The notes under the pieces are model-generated. The model was not told where the DNA came from. It ran no database searches and worked only from the letters and a program-made list of their open reading frames with translations. Below, piece after piece: positions 40,193 through 52,883 of a stretch of 64,000 nt of DNA. The stretch comes from Eledone cirrhosa (Eukaryota). The stretch's first letter is position 1. Each line of letters begins with the position of its first letter. The position numbers were made by a program, and so were the translations under genes. The stretch covers positions 90,086,001-90,150,000 of the forward strand of contig OZ024740.1 of assembly GCA_964016885.1 (NCBI GenBank), given 5' to 3'.

Positions 40193-40377
40193 TGTTTCTA
40201 CTTTAGGCACAAGGCCAGCAATTACCCAGTGCATTACTGGTACTTTATTTTATCGACCCCGTAAGGATGAAAGGCAAAGACAACGTCGGCGGGATTTGAA
40301 CTCAGATCGTAAAGGGACGTAACTATGCTGGAAAGCATGGCATCCGACCCTCTACCGATACTGCCAATCCACCGCCC
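40193..40377 (-). mobile_element. Full-length tRNA-derived SINE with 19-bp TSD
   Basis: TSD TAGTTTCCATTAAAGTAAT at 40174-40192 and 40378-40396; A and B boxes; a partial copy lies at ~38525-38632. Confidence 0.92.
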
Positions 40378-40949
40378 TAGTTTCCATTAAAGTAATGATC
40401 CGAGAATAGAAATGTCAATTACGCTTAAACATAGAGTACTGTGTGAGAAAGGTTTTACAGACATGAAACGGTGAAATAAATAGATAATCATAAAAGAGTT
40501 AAAAATTACAATATATATATGTGTGTGTGTGTGTTGCGTGTGTGTGTTGTGTGTGTGTGTGTGCGTGTGTGCCTGCGTGTGTGTGTGTGTATGTGTGTGT
40601 GTGTGTATGTGTGTGTGTGTGTGTATAGAACAGAGATGTTATTAATTTTCACACGTCTTTCAATAAGAAAGCATAGTTTAGTGAGTAGTTGTTAGTTTCC
40701 ATTAATGAGCAGTTAATAGATGAATTATAGAGAAAATCTAATAGACTGTTACTTTCTTTTTAATGTTAAGAAATTAATCGTATTTTGATCATAATTAATG
40801 ATATTCTTATAAACAGGGTGGGAGTGATAGATGTTAACTTTGTATTGATAATAGATAGTGATATGTTTCATATGTTTTTTGTATACTGTCTATCATCATT
40901 ATCCAGCTTTTCTTTATGCAGGACACAATTAATCCCTAATTGTGGGTGG

Positions 40950-41585
40950 GTCCTACCTGACAACGTTACATAGCGTCTTGCTCCATGTTGTTCTGTCCAC
41001 CAGCCACCTGGGCCAGACCAAGCCTAACTTGATCCCGATGGACTTTCCTCTATCGAAGTCCTTTGGGTCTTTCTGGGCCTCTACTGCCTCTGGATAAACA
41101 TTGATCACTTTGCTGTTCCAGCACTCACTGTGCTTGACATGGCATTACAAGCACATGCATCTCATGTGAAGCACGTTCTCGAGGTCTTCGATAAACAGTC
41201 TTCTCAGGGACTCAATTGAGCTGACATCATCCTCACTGGTCACAACGCACATCCAGCGGATGTGTCATTTCTTCTGAGCCGATTCAGACAGTTGGATAAC
41301 ACAGCCAGGTCTCGCTAACATGTCCCAACACGCTTCTCAGGCGTTGTAAATCCATGTCAGGAAGCGTGTCTCAGGGATTGTGAGAAGCTGCCAAAACTTC
41401 TTCCATGCAGAGTTGCACAGCAGGATGGCAGTCAACTCGGCTCCATATCCTGCTGACAACATGTCACCCACGTAACTGAAAGATGTCACCACTTCTAGCT
41501 TGTTGCCACCATCAGGCATCTCTGTGAAAGGCTGACCGTCAATTGGCCTTGCTGCTCCGCAGCACCTTATGCCTCCGAAGCCTGT
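40950..41585 (-). pseudogene. Decayed RTE-type LINE 3' fragment
   Basis: LEVVTSFSYVGDMLSAGYGAELTA...SAWKKFWQLL, then SETW; RTE RT thumb-like region. Confidence 0.75.
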
Positions 41586-42681
41586 CTATACTAGCTCTTG
41601 CTTATTGTATATGGGGAGATCAAGAACTCGAATGTTTTGTTTATAATTCCGTAAGAACGGCAAATTATGATGCAACTTATATTTCATACCAAGTTGGCAT
41701 GAATATTCTGGATAGAGAGCTAGATCGGGTTTAGTTAACATCTATGTGTTCTGGTGATCATCGGATCGGTTATCCAGAAAAATAATGTATCTTCGGTTAG
41801 GCATACATATTAATAGATATCGGTAAATATTTCAGTGGGTGATAGATGCGCATAATTTAAAAATATTTGGTCTTTTGTGCTCAGTAATATATGGAATTAT
41901 GTGATTTATTCGTTGTCATAAATTCCATTACTACATTGTCGGGGTTTAGCAGATCACATGTCATCACAGACAATGACAATTTTACTCAATATTTTTCTGC
42001 TTCAACTGGGCAGATGTTTCCGAACCTAGTTTTTCTTAAAAATATGCTATCCAATCGTACGGATTCTAACCATGCAAAACATTTGTTGTTTGGATATACA
42101 TGCTTATGGAGTATCGATATGTTGTGCCCATTTAATTCGAATCTGAAAACAATAGCATTGACGGTGAAGCAGATAGGGACTGTGTTACATATAAAATTAT
42201 TGTGATATCTGAACTACTTTAAAGATACTAAGTATTATTCTACACGAGGTAAAATCCGGATACAGAAATCTAAATTATCTATCGAGCAATTTTGTATAAC
42301 GTGTATAAGCCATCCATATTAATGTCACTCAATAATAACATAATGACTCATCTGTTCCAGCATTTTCTTCCTCTGTCGGACCTCTCCGTCTCATAAAAAA
42401 TGTATTATGTCGGAAACACCAAAATCTTTTCTACTTCTCCATCTGCATGAAAGTAAGAAAGTAATACGACATTGTTTTTTTTTTCGAGTGTGGGGGGGGG
42501 GGCATATTTGTATTGGTCTTGTTATTTCTTCAACTATATATATTATACATGTTAAGTGTATGGACGTTTAATTGTATTAATTAGCCCTCTTGAAGTAGAT
42601 TGACCATTGTCTCCTTTAACTTCTTATTTACGGATATCCTGCATAATACTTACATACCTACCTACAAACATACATACACAC

Positions 42682-42768
<87 letters not shown>

Positions 42769-42821
42769 ATTGAAAAAGTGGAGAATAACATGGTCAACAG
42801 TACAAAAAAGGGGATTTATTT

Positions 42822-42932
42822 ACAGTCTAACAATTGTTTCACTGAAAAAGATGTCTAAAAATTGCTGAACGCTAGAATCAGTGCCACTCAATTTTAATGC
42901 GATGTTAGCTCGATCAGATTTTCGGAAACTGT
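42822..42932 (-). ncRNA. Hammerhead-like motif with ~70-nt stem II insert, core CCGAAAA
   Basis: ACAGTTT-CCGAAAA-T-CTGA...TCAG-T-GAAA-CAATTG-TT-AGACTGT; G8 lost. Confidence 0.55.
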
Positions 42933-43092
42933 TATACAAAATACAAAATATGTATAACCGGCAAATTTACAAATTCAAATTACATTCATCAATAATAATA
43001 TTAATAATAAAGATAGAGAGAAAAGAGGGAAGAAGAAAGGGAGATAGATACAGTAAAGAAAGAAATGAAAGTAAAAAGAAAAAAGAAGGAGA

Positions 43093-43137
<45 letters not shown>

Positions 43138-43695
43138 GAGGCACGAGGTGGTAGAAGGTCATGAAATCGCTCCCGTAAGTTTTGAATGTTTAACATATTT
43201 AAATCATTTGTGAAATAACAACTCTTAGTACAAATGCTACGGAAAGCATCCGGCTTGAGCCCAAAAAAAATTCGGACCCAAAATATATTGTTATAAGGCT
43301 CAAATATTCAAATATTCAACTTTGTATTGTACATTGTATATTCAAAAAAGAAAATGGCTATAAATGGAAGAAGAAGACCCCCCCCCTCATTCTGTCTACA
43401 CTATATAGAACAGCCAAACAACACCAATCTCAACAACACCAGAAACTAGATACACCACCTACCCCATCACCTCTCTGTGTACACTAAACACAACAGCCAG
43501 ATAACGGCAATTTCACCACCACCACAACCAATCTCAAGATAATAATGATAATAATAAATACTATTATTATTGTCCCAACTTTTAAAAAAATGTTTAATTC
43601 CAACATTAAGGGAATTTATGTCAACACATATACGCGACTAACCCCATAGATTCACCGCACGGACATCAGTAACGACAACGCCGCCCATCCATCAA

Positions 43696-44010
43696 TACTA
43701 CCACTATCCCATCACCGCCGCCAGCACTCCTTCATTGCTACCACCGTTACAACACCATCACTACAGTAATACGACCACATCACCACCACCACTGCCATCA
43801 TTACTACCACTATCCCATCACCGCCACCACCACTCCTTCATTGCTACGACCGCTACAACACCATCACTACAGTAATACGACTACATCACCACCACCACTG
43901 CCATCATTACTACCACTATCCCATCACCGCCGCCACCACTCCTTCATTGCTACCACCGCTACAACACCATCACTACAGTAATACGATCACATCACCACCA
44001 CCACTGCCTG
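43696..44010. repeat. 106-bp tandem repeat, ~3 copies (CAC/CCA-rich)
   Basis: TACTACCACTATCCCATCACCGCC starts at 43696, 43802 and 43908; related sequence at 48070-48235. Confidence 0.85.
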
Positions 44011-44389
44011 CCTCAGTATCGACATCACCACCACCACTGTCTCAGTATCGCTACCGCCGCTATTCTCTCCCATTGCTTCATGCTAGTTGCTGCCACCAAA
44101 TAATAGAATTCCTACTAAAAAGAGGAATGCATCAAAGTATATATATAGACTCAAAAGAAAAAAGAAAAAACAAACATCAAAACCAAAACAGCACAGCAAC
44201 AACAGCAAAAAAAGAGAAAAACAAACAGAGAAAAACAAAAACAAAAAAATATCGTAAATAAAATAAAGAATGAAGAGAGAAACAAGCGGACGGACAGAGA
44301 AGAGAAGGGAAAAACTAAGTCAGACATTCGAACACTACATTACAATGAAACTTATGCTTATTCATTTTTGGGATTTTTTCTGCCTGTGT

Positions 44390-47300
44390 GTTTGTTTGTT
44401 TATTTGTGTTCGTCTACAGCGTGGTGATAATTCCACACAAGAGGCAAGTGGAGCGGCGCAACCACCGGAGACGGTGAATCCACAGATGGTTATGTAACCA
44501 TACATTAGCCAATCCTCGATAAGAGTGTTTAACTATCGAACCTAAACAGTTCGAATAACGGTGAAATGGAGACTAGAACGTCATGTGACAGACTCTCACC
44601 CAACAGGTGCTCCCTGCCTCAGCAGCAGGAACCTGGCTGTCAACCAAATACTGCTGGTGTCGGAGGAAGAAGGAGAAGGAAAGGGACCAGAACCAACTGG
44701 ACGAAAGAATTGAATAGAATTGTTATGCAATGTTACCTGAAAATAACCCCACAGAGAGGGGCTATAGGAGACGGATGCATAACATCTGGAACGAGATTGG
44801 TCTATTTAAATTAGATGAACAAAAATTGGCCGGGCAGGCTCGGGTAATAAGAACTAATGGGTGGATAAGCGAGCTGGAACTGGAGGAACTGAGCAGAGAG
44901 ATTAGCTTGGAGATGGAGGGTGGTGTATGCCAGATAAACGAGCCAGTGGGAAATGAAGGTGAAGAGGTCGAGAGAACGTAGGAACCACCCGAAGCAGACA
45001 ATGATCTGAATACTGAGATAAATAATACCTGGAACAGAGATACGGCCACTGAGGAGATGAATGCTGACGGGCTAGGACAAGATTCGGTTGACATCCTAAA
45101 TTTAGTGGTAGATGAATTGAACAATGATAGTGGGAGACCTATGAACCTAAGATTTGTAGACAGGAAAAAGTTAAAAGAAACAACAGCTAAGGTAAACAAA
45201 GTCATCCCATACCTTGAGGCGAGGAGCCTTCACCAGTGCAACAATATCCTCAAAGCATCAGCAAATACGGTGAGGAAACTACTTGGTATAAAAGCGAGAG
45301 GAAACAACAGACAAGAAAGAGCAGAGCCTTGGTGAAAGAAACGACTGAGTGGTCAAATCAGGGAAATGAGAAATGACATTGTAAAGCTTGAGTCACTACT
45401 GAATGGGACACTAAAAAACATAGGCACTAAAAATAGACTGGAAATAAAGTACAAAACTAGGAGGGAAAAGCTAAATATTATCATAGAGGAACTGAAGCAA
45501 CGCATTGTAGCAAAGAGTGCAACAATCAGGCGATACGAGAACAGTGTCAGTCAGTATAAACAGAACCGCATGTTCGACAACAACCAGAAGATGCTGTTTG
45601 GACAGCTTGAGGGGAAAGGAAGAGGCAACGGCTTGATCCATGAGGCGGAACAATCTAAAACATTCTGGAGAGGAATATGGGAGCAGGATGTTAGACAGAA
45701 TGACCAGGCAGGGTGGATTGAAACAGTACAGAGGGAGATCGGTGAGCAGGCACACCAACAAACTGATTTGAGTATCACAGTTGAAACTCTTAAGAGGCAG
45801 GCCAAAAAACTAACCAACTGGAAATCACCAGGCCCAGATGGTGTGCAGGGTTATTCGATTAAAAATATAACATCCCTCAAACCGAAACTGACAACCATGT
45901 TCAATGACTGCTTGATGTCAGGTGAGGTACCAGAGTGGTTGACAAAAGGTACCACAGTTCTGGTAATGAAAGACCGAATGATGTGTAATGATGTTACCAA
46001 CTATAGACCTATCACATGTCTGTCCGTAATATGGAAACTGTTGACGAGCATTGTGTCTGAGGAAATCTACCATCACCTCCACAGAAACAACTTGTTACCG
46101 GACGAACAGAAAGGATGCCGAAAGAAGTCACGTGGTACAAAGGACCTGTTACTTATTGATAAGATGGTAATGGGGAATTGCAGGAGGAGACACACTGATC
46201 TTGCCATGGGATGGATAGACTACAGAAAGTCATTTAACATGGTGCCTCATTCTTGGATCACCAAAAGCCTGGAGATCTTCAAGGTGGCAGATAACATCAG
46301 ACAGTTGCTGGGCAGAAGTATGAGGTCCTTGAAAACAGAGTTGACATCAGCTGGAGAATCCTTGGGAAGCGTGAAGATCAAGAGAGTTTTCTTCCAGGGA
46401 GATAGCCTGTCCCCTCTGTTGTTTGTCCTTGCCCTGATGCCCCTGACCAGTGTACTGCAAAAAGTGAGAGCAGGATACGGGTTGGGAAAGGGAGGGCTTA
46501 CCATCAATCACCTCCTCTTCATGGACGATCTTAAGCTCTTCGGGAAGAGTGAGAAGGAATTGGATGTGCTTGTTGACACTGTCCGTATTTTCAGCAGTGA
46601 TATATGTATGCAGTTTGGTATTAGTAAGTGTGGAGTCATTGTGATGAGGAGGGGTAGGTTGAGCAGAAGTAACGGAATCCAGATACCAACAGGTGAGATG
46701 ATAAAGGAAATTGACTCTGAGGAAGGATACAAGTATTTGGGCGTTCTGGAGGCTGATGGCATAAAGAACAAAAAAATGAAGGAATTGTTAAGAACTGAAT
46801 ACATTCGGAGAGTAGGGAGCGTATTGAAATCACATCTGAACAGCAGAAATGCCATAAGCGCAGTAAATTCCCGAGCTGTGTCTATTATTAGATACAGTGC
46901 GGGAATTCTGAGATGGAATATTGCTGAACAAAAAGAAATGGATAGGAAGACTAGGAAGCTATTGACTATCTACAACATGTTCCACAAGAGGAGTGATGTC
47001 GATAGACTCTACCTAAGGAGATCTGAGGGTGGAAGAGGTCTTATCAGCATAGAGGACTGTGTTCAGATGGAGAAAAACAACCTACACAAATACGTGACTG
47101 ATAGTAAGGAGACAATGCTCAGAACTGTACTGAAGGAGGGGACAATAGGCCAGGGGAAGTCTAAGGAGGAAATAACATCAAGGAGAAAGAGCAGCCTTCA
47201 GGAAAAATCCCTTCATAGTACCTTCTTTGAGAAAACTGAATTTAGAGATCCACAGACATGGAACTGGTTGAGAAGAGGAGACCTTAAAAAGACTACAGAA

Positions 47301-48062
47301 GGAAAGTTAATGGCTGCGCAGGAGCAGGCCCTCAAAACGAAGTGGTTGAAACACCATATTTACAAGGAGGAGGCTATCCCACTGTGCAGGATCTGTGGAG
47401 AGAGAGAGGAGATTGTGGCTCACATTGTATCCGAGTGTAAACACCTAGCCCAAGCCCACTATAAAGGATGGAGACATGATGTGATGGGCAGGGTGATCCA
47501 CTGGCACCTGTGCAAAGTAACCAATCTACCACATTCTTAGAAATGGTATGAGCATAAGCCAGAGGCGATGATGGAGAACGATCAGGTGAAGGTGCTGTGG
47601 GATTTTAGGATACAGACGGACAAGAAACTGGAACACAATAGACCTGACCTGGTGATTGTGGACAAAGAAAAAAGATCGTGTCTGTTTGTGGATGTGGCCT
47701 GCCCATTCGAAACGAGAGTGCAAGAGGAGAGGGAGAAAATTAACCGATACCAGGACTTAAAGTGGGAGGTAAAAAGGATTTGGAACTGCCATGAAGTCAA
47801 AGTGATCCCGATTGTCATAGGCGCAATGGGGACTATCTCCAAAAGTTTCCAGGGATGGTTAAAGAAAATCGGCCCCTTCACGCTTTTTGGAACGCTTCAA
47901 AAGGCATGCTTGCTGGGAAGAGCAAGAAACCTCCGATACGTCCTGAATATATGAGGCTGCAGGTAGTGGCTTGATATTCATTCCAACGGACTTTCCAGTT
48001 AAGTAACATCAACGATTGAGATTCAAGGAATAATAATAATAATAATAATAACAATAATAATA
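44390..48062 (+). mobile_element. R4/Dong-clade non-LTR retrotransposon, near full length, (AAT)n tail
   Basis: Single disrupted ORF with RT + CCHC + restriction-like endonuclease; ends in (AAT)n; 5' boundary approximate. Confidence 0.88.
44566..47954 (+). pseudogene. RT-RLE polyprotein, disrupted
   Basis: KSPGPDG, YRPITCL, QKGCR, QGDSLSPLLF, FMDD, CRICG..E...HIVSEC, RHD, RPDLVIVD; stops at 44979, 45333, 47538 and a frameshift near 44745. Confidence 0.92.
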
Positions 48063-48614
48063 ATTTTACGGGAATATGTCAACACAATATATATTAAACA
48101 TAGGAACACAAACTCATAGATACTACATATCACAAAACTCAGTAACGACAACGCCACCGCCGCCACCACTCCATCCATCATTGCTACGACTATCCCATCA
48201 CCGACGCCACCACTCCTTCATTGCTACCACCACGATTCCCCTGTTAACTTGAGAGAGAAGGGGGAAGGTGGCGGTATCACTAGACAAGGGAGAGGCTAGC
48301 AAAAGATATAAATAGATTGACTTAGTGACCTGGCCACCGGCCAAACATCAACATCAACAACTATGGGACTGCTGGCTCACCCCTTCCTCACAACAATATA
48401 AAAAGCCCCGGCACCACCACCGACATAGCCAACAACAATAACAGGCAACTTCAGCAAAAAGTATTTCATATTATTGTAATGCACTGGGTGATTGCTGGCC
48501 TTGTGCCTGGAGTGGAGACAATTATTAATAATTTCATTCTTAAGCCACGCAATGCTCACATTAAGGAACCACTCATGATAATAACAATTTTAAAAAAACA
48601 ACAAAAAGAAAACC

Positions 48615-51600
48615 CCGTGACCAAGTAATACCGGGATGGCGGCCGGCGGGGAATAGCCGTGTCTCTAGGGGATAACGATACCTCTAGTCTTGGTTGACAC
48701 TCGTTCTAGAAGTGGTAACACGAAATGATTACCCCTTGGCGGATAAGGATAAAACGCGACAAAATAAAGTAAATGTCTAATGATAAAATCTCATACCGGA
48801 TGGGCCGTCACCCGGGAGAAAAAGGGCCGCGTCCCTCAGAGAGGAACCTGATTGGGGTCGAAAAATCAGCTAATGGTTCAAACCTTCCCATCACTTCGGA
48901 GCTGGAGACCTCCCATAACCGGAATACTCCTACTGTTGGCCCTCCATGCTCACCACCAAGAAATCCAAAGAAAAAGAGAGAAAAATGGTCAAGGGAAGAT
49001 AATAAAGAAGTCCTTGAGGCTTTCTACACTGCCATGTACTACCCATTAAATACATCGAATACAGAACAGACATATATCAACAGGAAAAAGAAACATCCCG
49101 AAAACAGAGGCTATATTGACAGTAACAAACTAGCCAATATACGAAGAAATATTGTACGAAAAAAGTTCCTAACTGATATAGAAATTGATCAGATCAAGCT
49201 ATTAGCACAAAGTGAGCGAAGGGAAAATGAAACATGTGTCAGTGAAAAAGAGGTAAATTGTAACACTTCCAATCCCAGGGACGGGGCGGAATCACTGGCA
49301 ACAGAACAAATTAAAGAAAGGATCGAAAAAGTGGAGGGAGAGTGCATGCTCAAGATGAAACTCCAAATGAAAATAATGAGATCGTAAATGATAACGAAAT
49401 GAATGAGAATGAACTTGCCAACTTGAAGGATGAAATTATGATCGAATGGATGAAAATGAAAGAATCTGACGTGGGGAAACGAGACACCCTCCCTAATATC
49501 CATATCTCCAAACAGAACCAAAAGATAATACACAAGACTAACATAATTCTCAAAAACATTATCATCACAAACAAGCTAAACATTACTGATTTAAATCATC
49601 TCTATTATGCATCGGCTAAAGTCAGCACTCACATATGTGGAGTGAAGATGAAAAAACAAAGGAATTCCCACAAGAAATCTACTTGACAAGAGAACATCAA
49701 TCGCCAAATAAACCTTCTCCGATCTGACATAGAAATGTTAACAAACTATAAAGTAGGTGAACATGTTAAACAAACTAAACTTAGAAGATTGAAAAAAAAG
49801 TACAGTATAAAATCAACATGTGACATAGACATGCTGATAGAAATAATCAAGCAAAAAGTGTCGGCCAAAGCTGCTCGTATAAGGCGCTTTGAAAAACGAT
49901 ATAGATCCTATAAGGACAATAATATGTTCTAAAACAACCAAAGAAACTTCTACAGAAAAATTGGTAAGTCAACAATAACTGCTAAATCAATACCACCCAA
50001 GGAGGAAGTGCAAACAATCTGGGAAAAGATCTGGGCCGAAGAAAACGTTCAAAACATACATGCCCCATGAATAGACAGACAAATGAAAGATACAGCTCAC
50101 CTTGAGGAACAAATATGGGAAAATATAACAATTGAACAGTTGCGCTTGGCTCTAAGCAAAACTAGCAAATGGAAATCCCCAGGAAAAGACAAAATACAAA
50201 ACTTTTGGATAAATGCCTTCACAGAGTCTCATGAGCATTTAGCCCAACTTTACAATGAAATAGTTAAGGAGCCAGAAAAGCTACCATCATGGCTAGTTAA
50301 CGGCATTACATTCCTGCATCCGAAGAATGATGAGACAAACAATCCCCAAAATTACAGACCAATAACTTGCTTGACCACAATGTATAAAATTTTAACATCA
50401 GTCCTAACTGAATACACATATGACCACCTGATAACAAATGACCTATTTCCCATTCAGCAGAAAGGGTGTAAACGAGGCTCATATGGCTGTAAGGATCAGC
50501 TTCTGGTTAACAAAATGATACTGGAAGATTGTCATAATAGACACAAAAATCTATCGATTGCTTGGATAGATTATAAAAAAGCATTCGATAGTTTGCCACA
50601 CAGTTGGATTGAAAAATGTTTAGAGATTTTCAAAATATCCCCCGTTGTCAGGAGGTTTTTGTCATTCAGTATGAAGGCATGGAAAACGACACTCCTTTTG
50701 AATAGTGAAACAAAATCACTGGAAGCTGGAGAAGTTAATATTAATTGTGGAATTTTTCAGGGTGACTCTTTATCACCGCTTTTATTCTGCATCGCACTTA
50801 TACCATTAAGTGAAATGCTCAATGAAACAAAACATGGATATAAAGTCTATGACAAAACCTTTAATCACCTGTTCTACATGGATGACCTGAAACTATTTGC
50901 AAAAAATGATGAACAATTGCAAGGGCTATTATCCACTGTGGAGTAGTTAAGTGATGACATTAAAATGGAGTTTGGACTAGATAATTGCGCCATAGCAACG
51001 TTCAACAGAGAAAAGCTGCTGAAGAGTTCAGACATTAATCTTGATCGGGGGAACGTGATAAGAGAACTTGATCAAGAAAAAACGTACAAATATATAGGTG
51101 TTTGTGAAGGAGACGGAATCAAGCACTCGACAATGAGGGAAAGGATAAGGAAGGAATGTTACCGCAGAGTAAGAGCAATCTTAAGAACGGAATTGAATGC
51201 AAGGAATAGGATCGATGCCATAAACACGCTTCCCATACCAGTAGTAACCTACAGTTACGATGTCATCAACTGGTCAAGCACAGAGATCCGTAGGCTCGAT
51301 GCAAAAATTCAAAAATTCTTAACCATGCACAGAATGCATCACCCTAAGGCAGATATAGATAGAATATATCTCCCTAGGAAAGAAGGAGGACGTGGGTTAA
51401 TCCAGTTAGACATTGCGTTGAAAACTGCAACAATTGTATTATCTACATATCTAAGGGAATCACATGATTGGATGATCAAACTCGTTTTGAAACACGAAAG
51501 CATCAAAAGATCATATTCCATTACAAAAGATGCACAGAGATACAGTAATGGACTACACATTTCAGCAGTCCCATTTACTGCTGAAATGGAAAACACAGAA

Positions 51601-52575
51601 AAAGCAAAGCATGTAAAAGTAACTGCAAAGAAAGAACTGCTACAGAAACTGGCTAAGAAATGGCAAGAAAAGCCTCTGTTTGGAAAATACCCAGAGCGAG
51701 CTAACAATCCTGATGTTGACAACACTTTAACCCATCAGTGGTTGGCATCCTCTGGACTGAAATCGGAGACTGAAGGACTGATTATATCAGCACAAGATCA
51801 GTGTCTACCAACAAATAATTACCAAGCCAACATAACAAACAATGGATGCAGCCCATTATGCCGTGTATGCAAAAAACAACCAGAGACCATTGACCATATG
51901 ATTTCAATGTGCAGTCCTATAGCTCCAACCGAATACCTAAACAGGCATGACAGAGCTGCACAATACATACATTGGATAATGTGTAAGCGTTTTGACCTGC
52001 CCCATCAAAAGAATTGGTGGGAGCATCAACCACTTCCCATACTTGAAAAAGATCACATCTCAATCCTGTGGAACTTTAGCATCCAAACAGACCGAAAAAT
52101 AGATGCAAATAGACCTGATATAATATTGAAGGACTTTAAAAAGAGGGTATGGCTGCTAATTGATATGTATGTTCCAATAGACAAGAATGTATCTATAAAA
52201 ACATTTGAAAAATTGAGCAAGTATAAGGACCTGGAGATAGAAATTGGAAAAATGTGGAAATTGAGAACTAAAACAATACCAGTGGTTGTAGGCGCTCTGG
52301 GAATGATACCTAAGGGGTCTAATGATTACTTATCGCAGATCCCAAGAAACCCGCGTATAGGAGAAATACAAAAGATAGTACTAATGGGAACTGCCCATAT
52401 ACTAAGGAAGATTCTGTCAACATAAGTACATCACAAGTCAAAACACTAAATATGCATGTGTGAGTATGTATGTTCTTCCTTGAACATGGCGGACCTGGTT
52501 GTCTTTTGAGGTCACTGGTTGTGACTTGGTGATAACTCGTATGAACATAAAGCAAGATAAATGCAACTGTAATAC

Positions 52576-52622
<47 letters not shown>
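48615..52622 (+). mobile_element. Second, divergent R4/Dong-clade retrotransposon with (AAT)n tail
   Basis: Same domain order as the first, different nucleotide sequence; ends in (AAT)n at ~52576-52622. Confidence 0.88.
48773..52425 (+). pseudogene. RT-RLE polyprotein, disrupted
   Basis: KSPGKD, YRPITCL, QGDSLSPLLF, YMDD, CRVC...HMISMC, RHD, RPDIILKD; several in-frame stops and a frameshift near 49340. Confidence 0.92.
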
Positions 52623-52623
<1 letters not shown>

Positions 52624-52883
52624 TTTCTTTATTAACCACAAGGGTTTACATAAAGTAGACATTAAGGACAGTGCAGGACAATGCAGGACGGTAGAAATGG
52701 GCATTTCTGCGTGTAAAAAAACAAAAACAGAGGATGTAATAAAAATAACAATGAAAATAACAATGAAAAATTCCCCAATAGGGGGGAGACTTCGGAGGGA
52801 CATTTGTGGAGAAAGCCCAGTGAAAAGCCACAATGACCCTGACCACCAAGGCAAGTGCCCTCTCCCAGTTTTCCACCTTTAGT

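Noticed and set aside
48615-48725. Ribozyme at the 5' end of the second Dong element
   Set aside because: Several pairings are visible (GACCAAG/CTTGGTT, CACT/AGTG) but I could not assign a full HDV-like or twister fold
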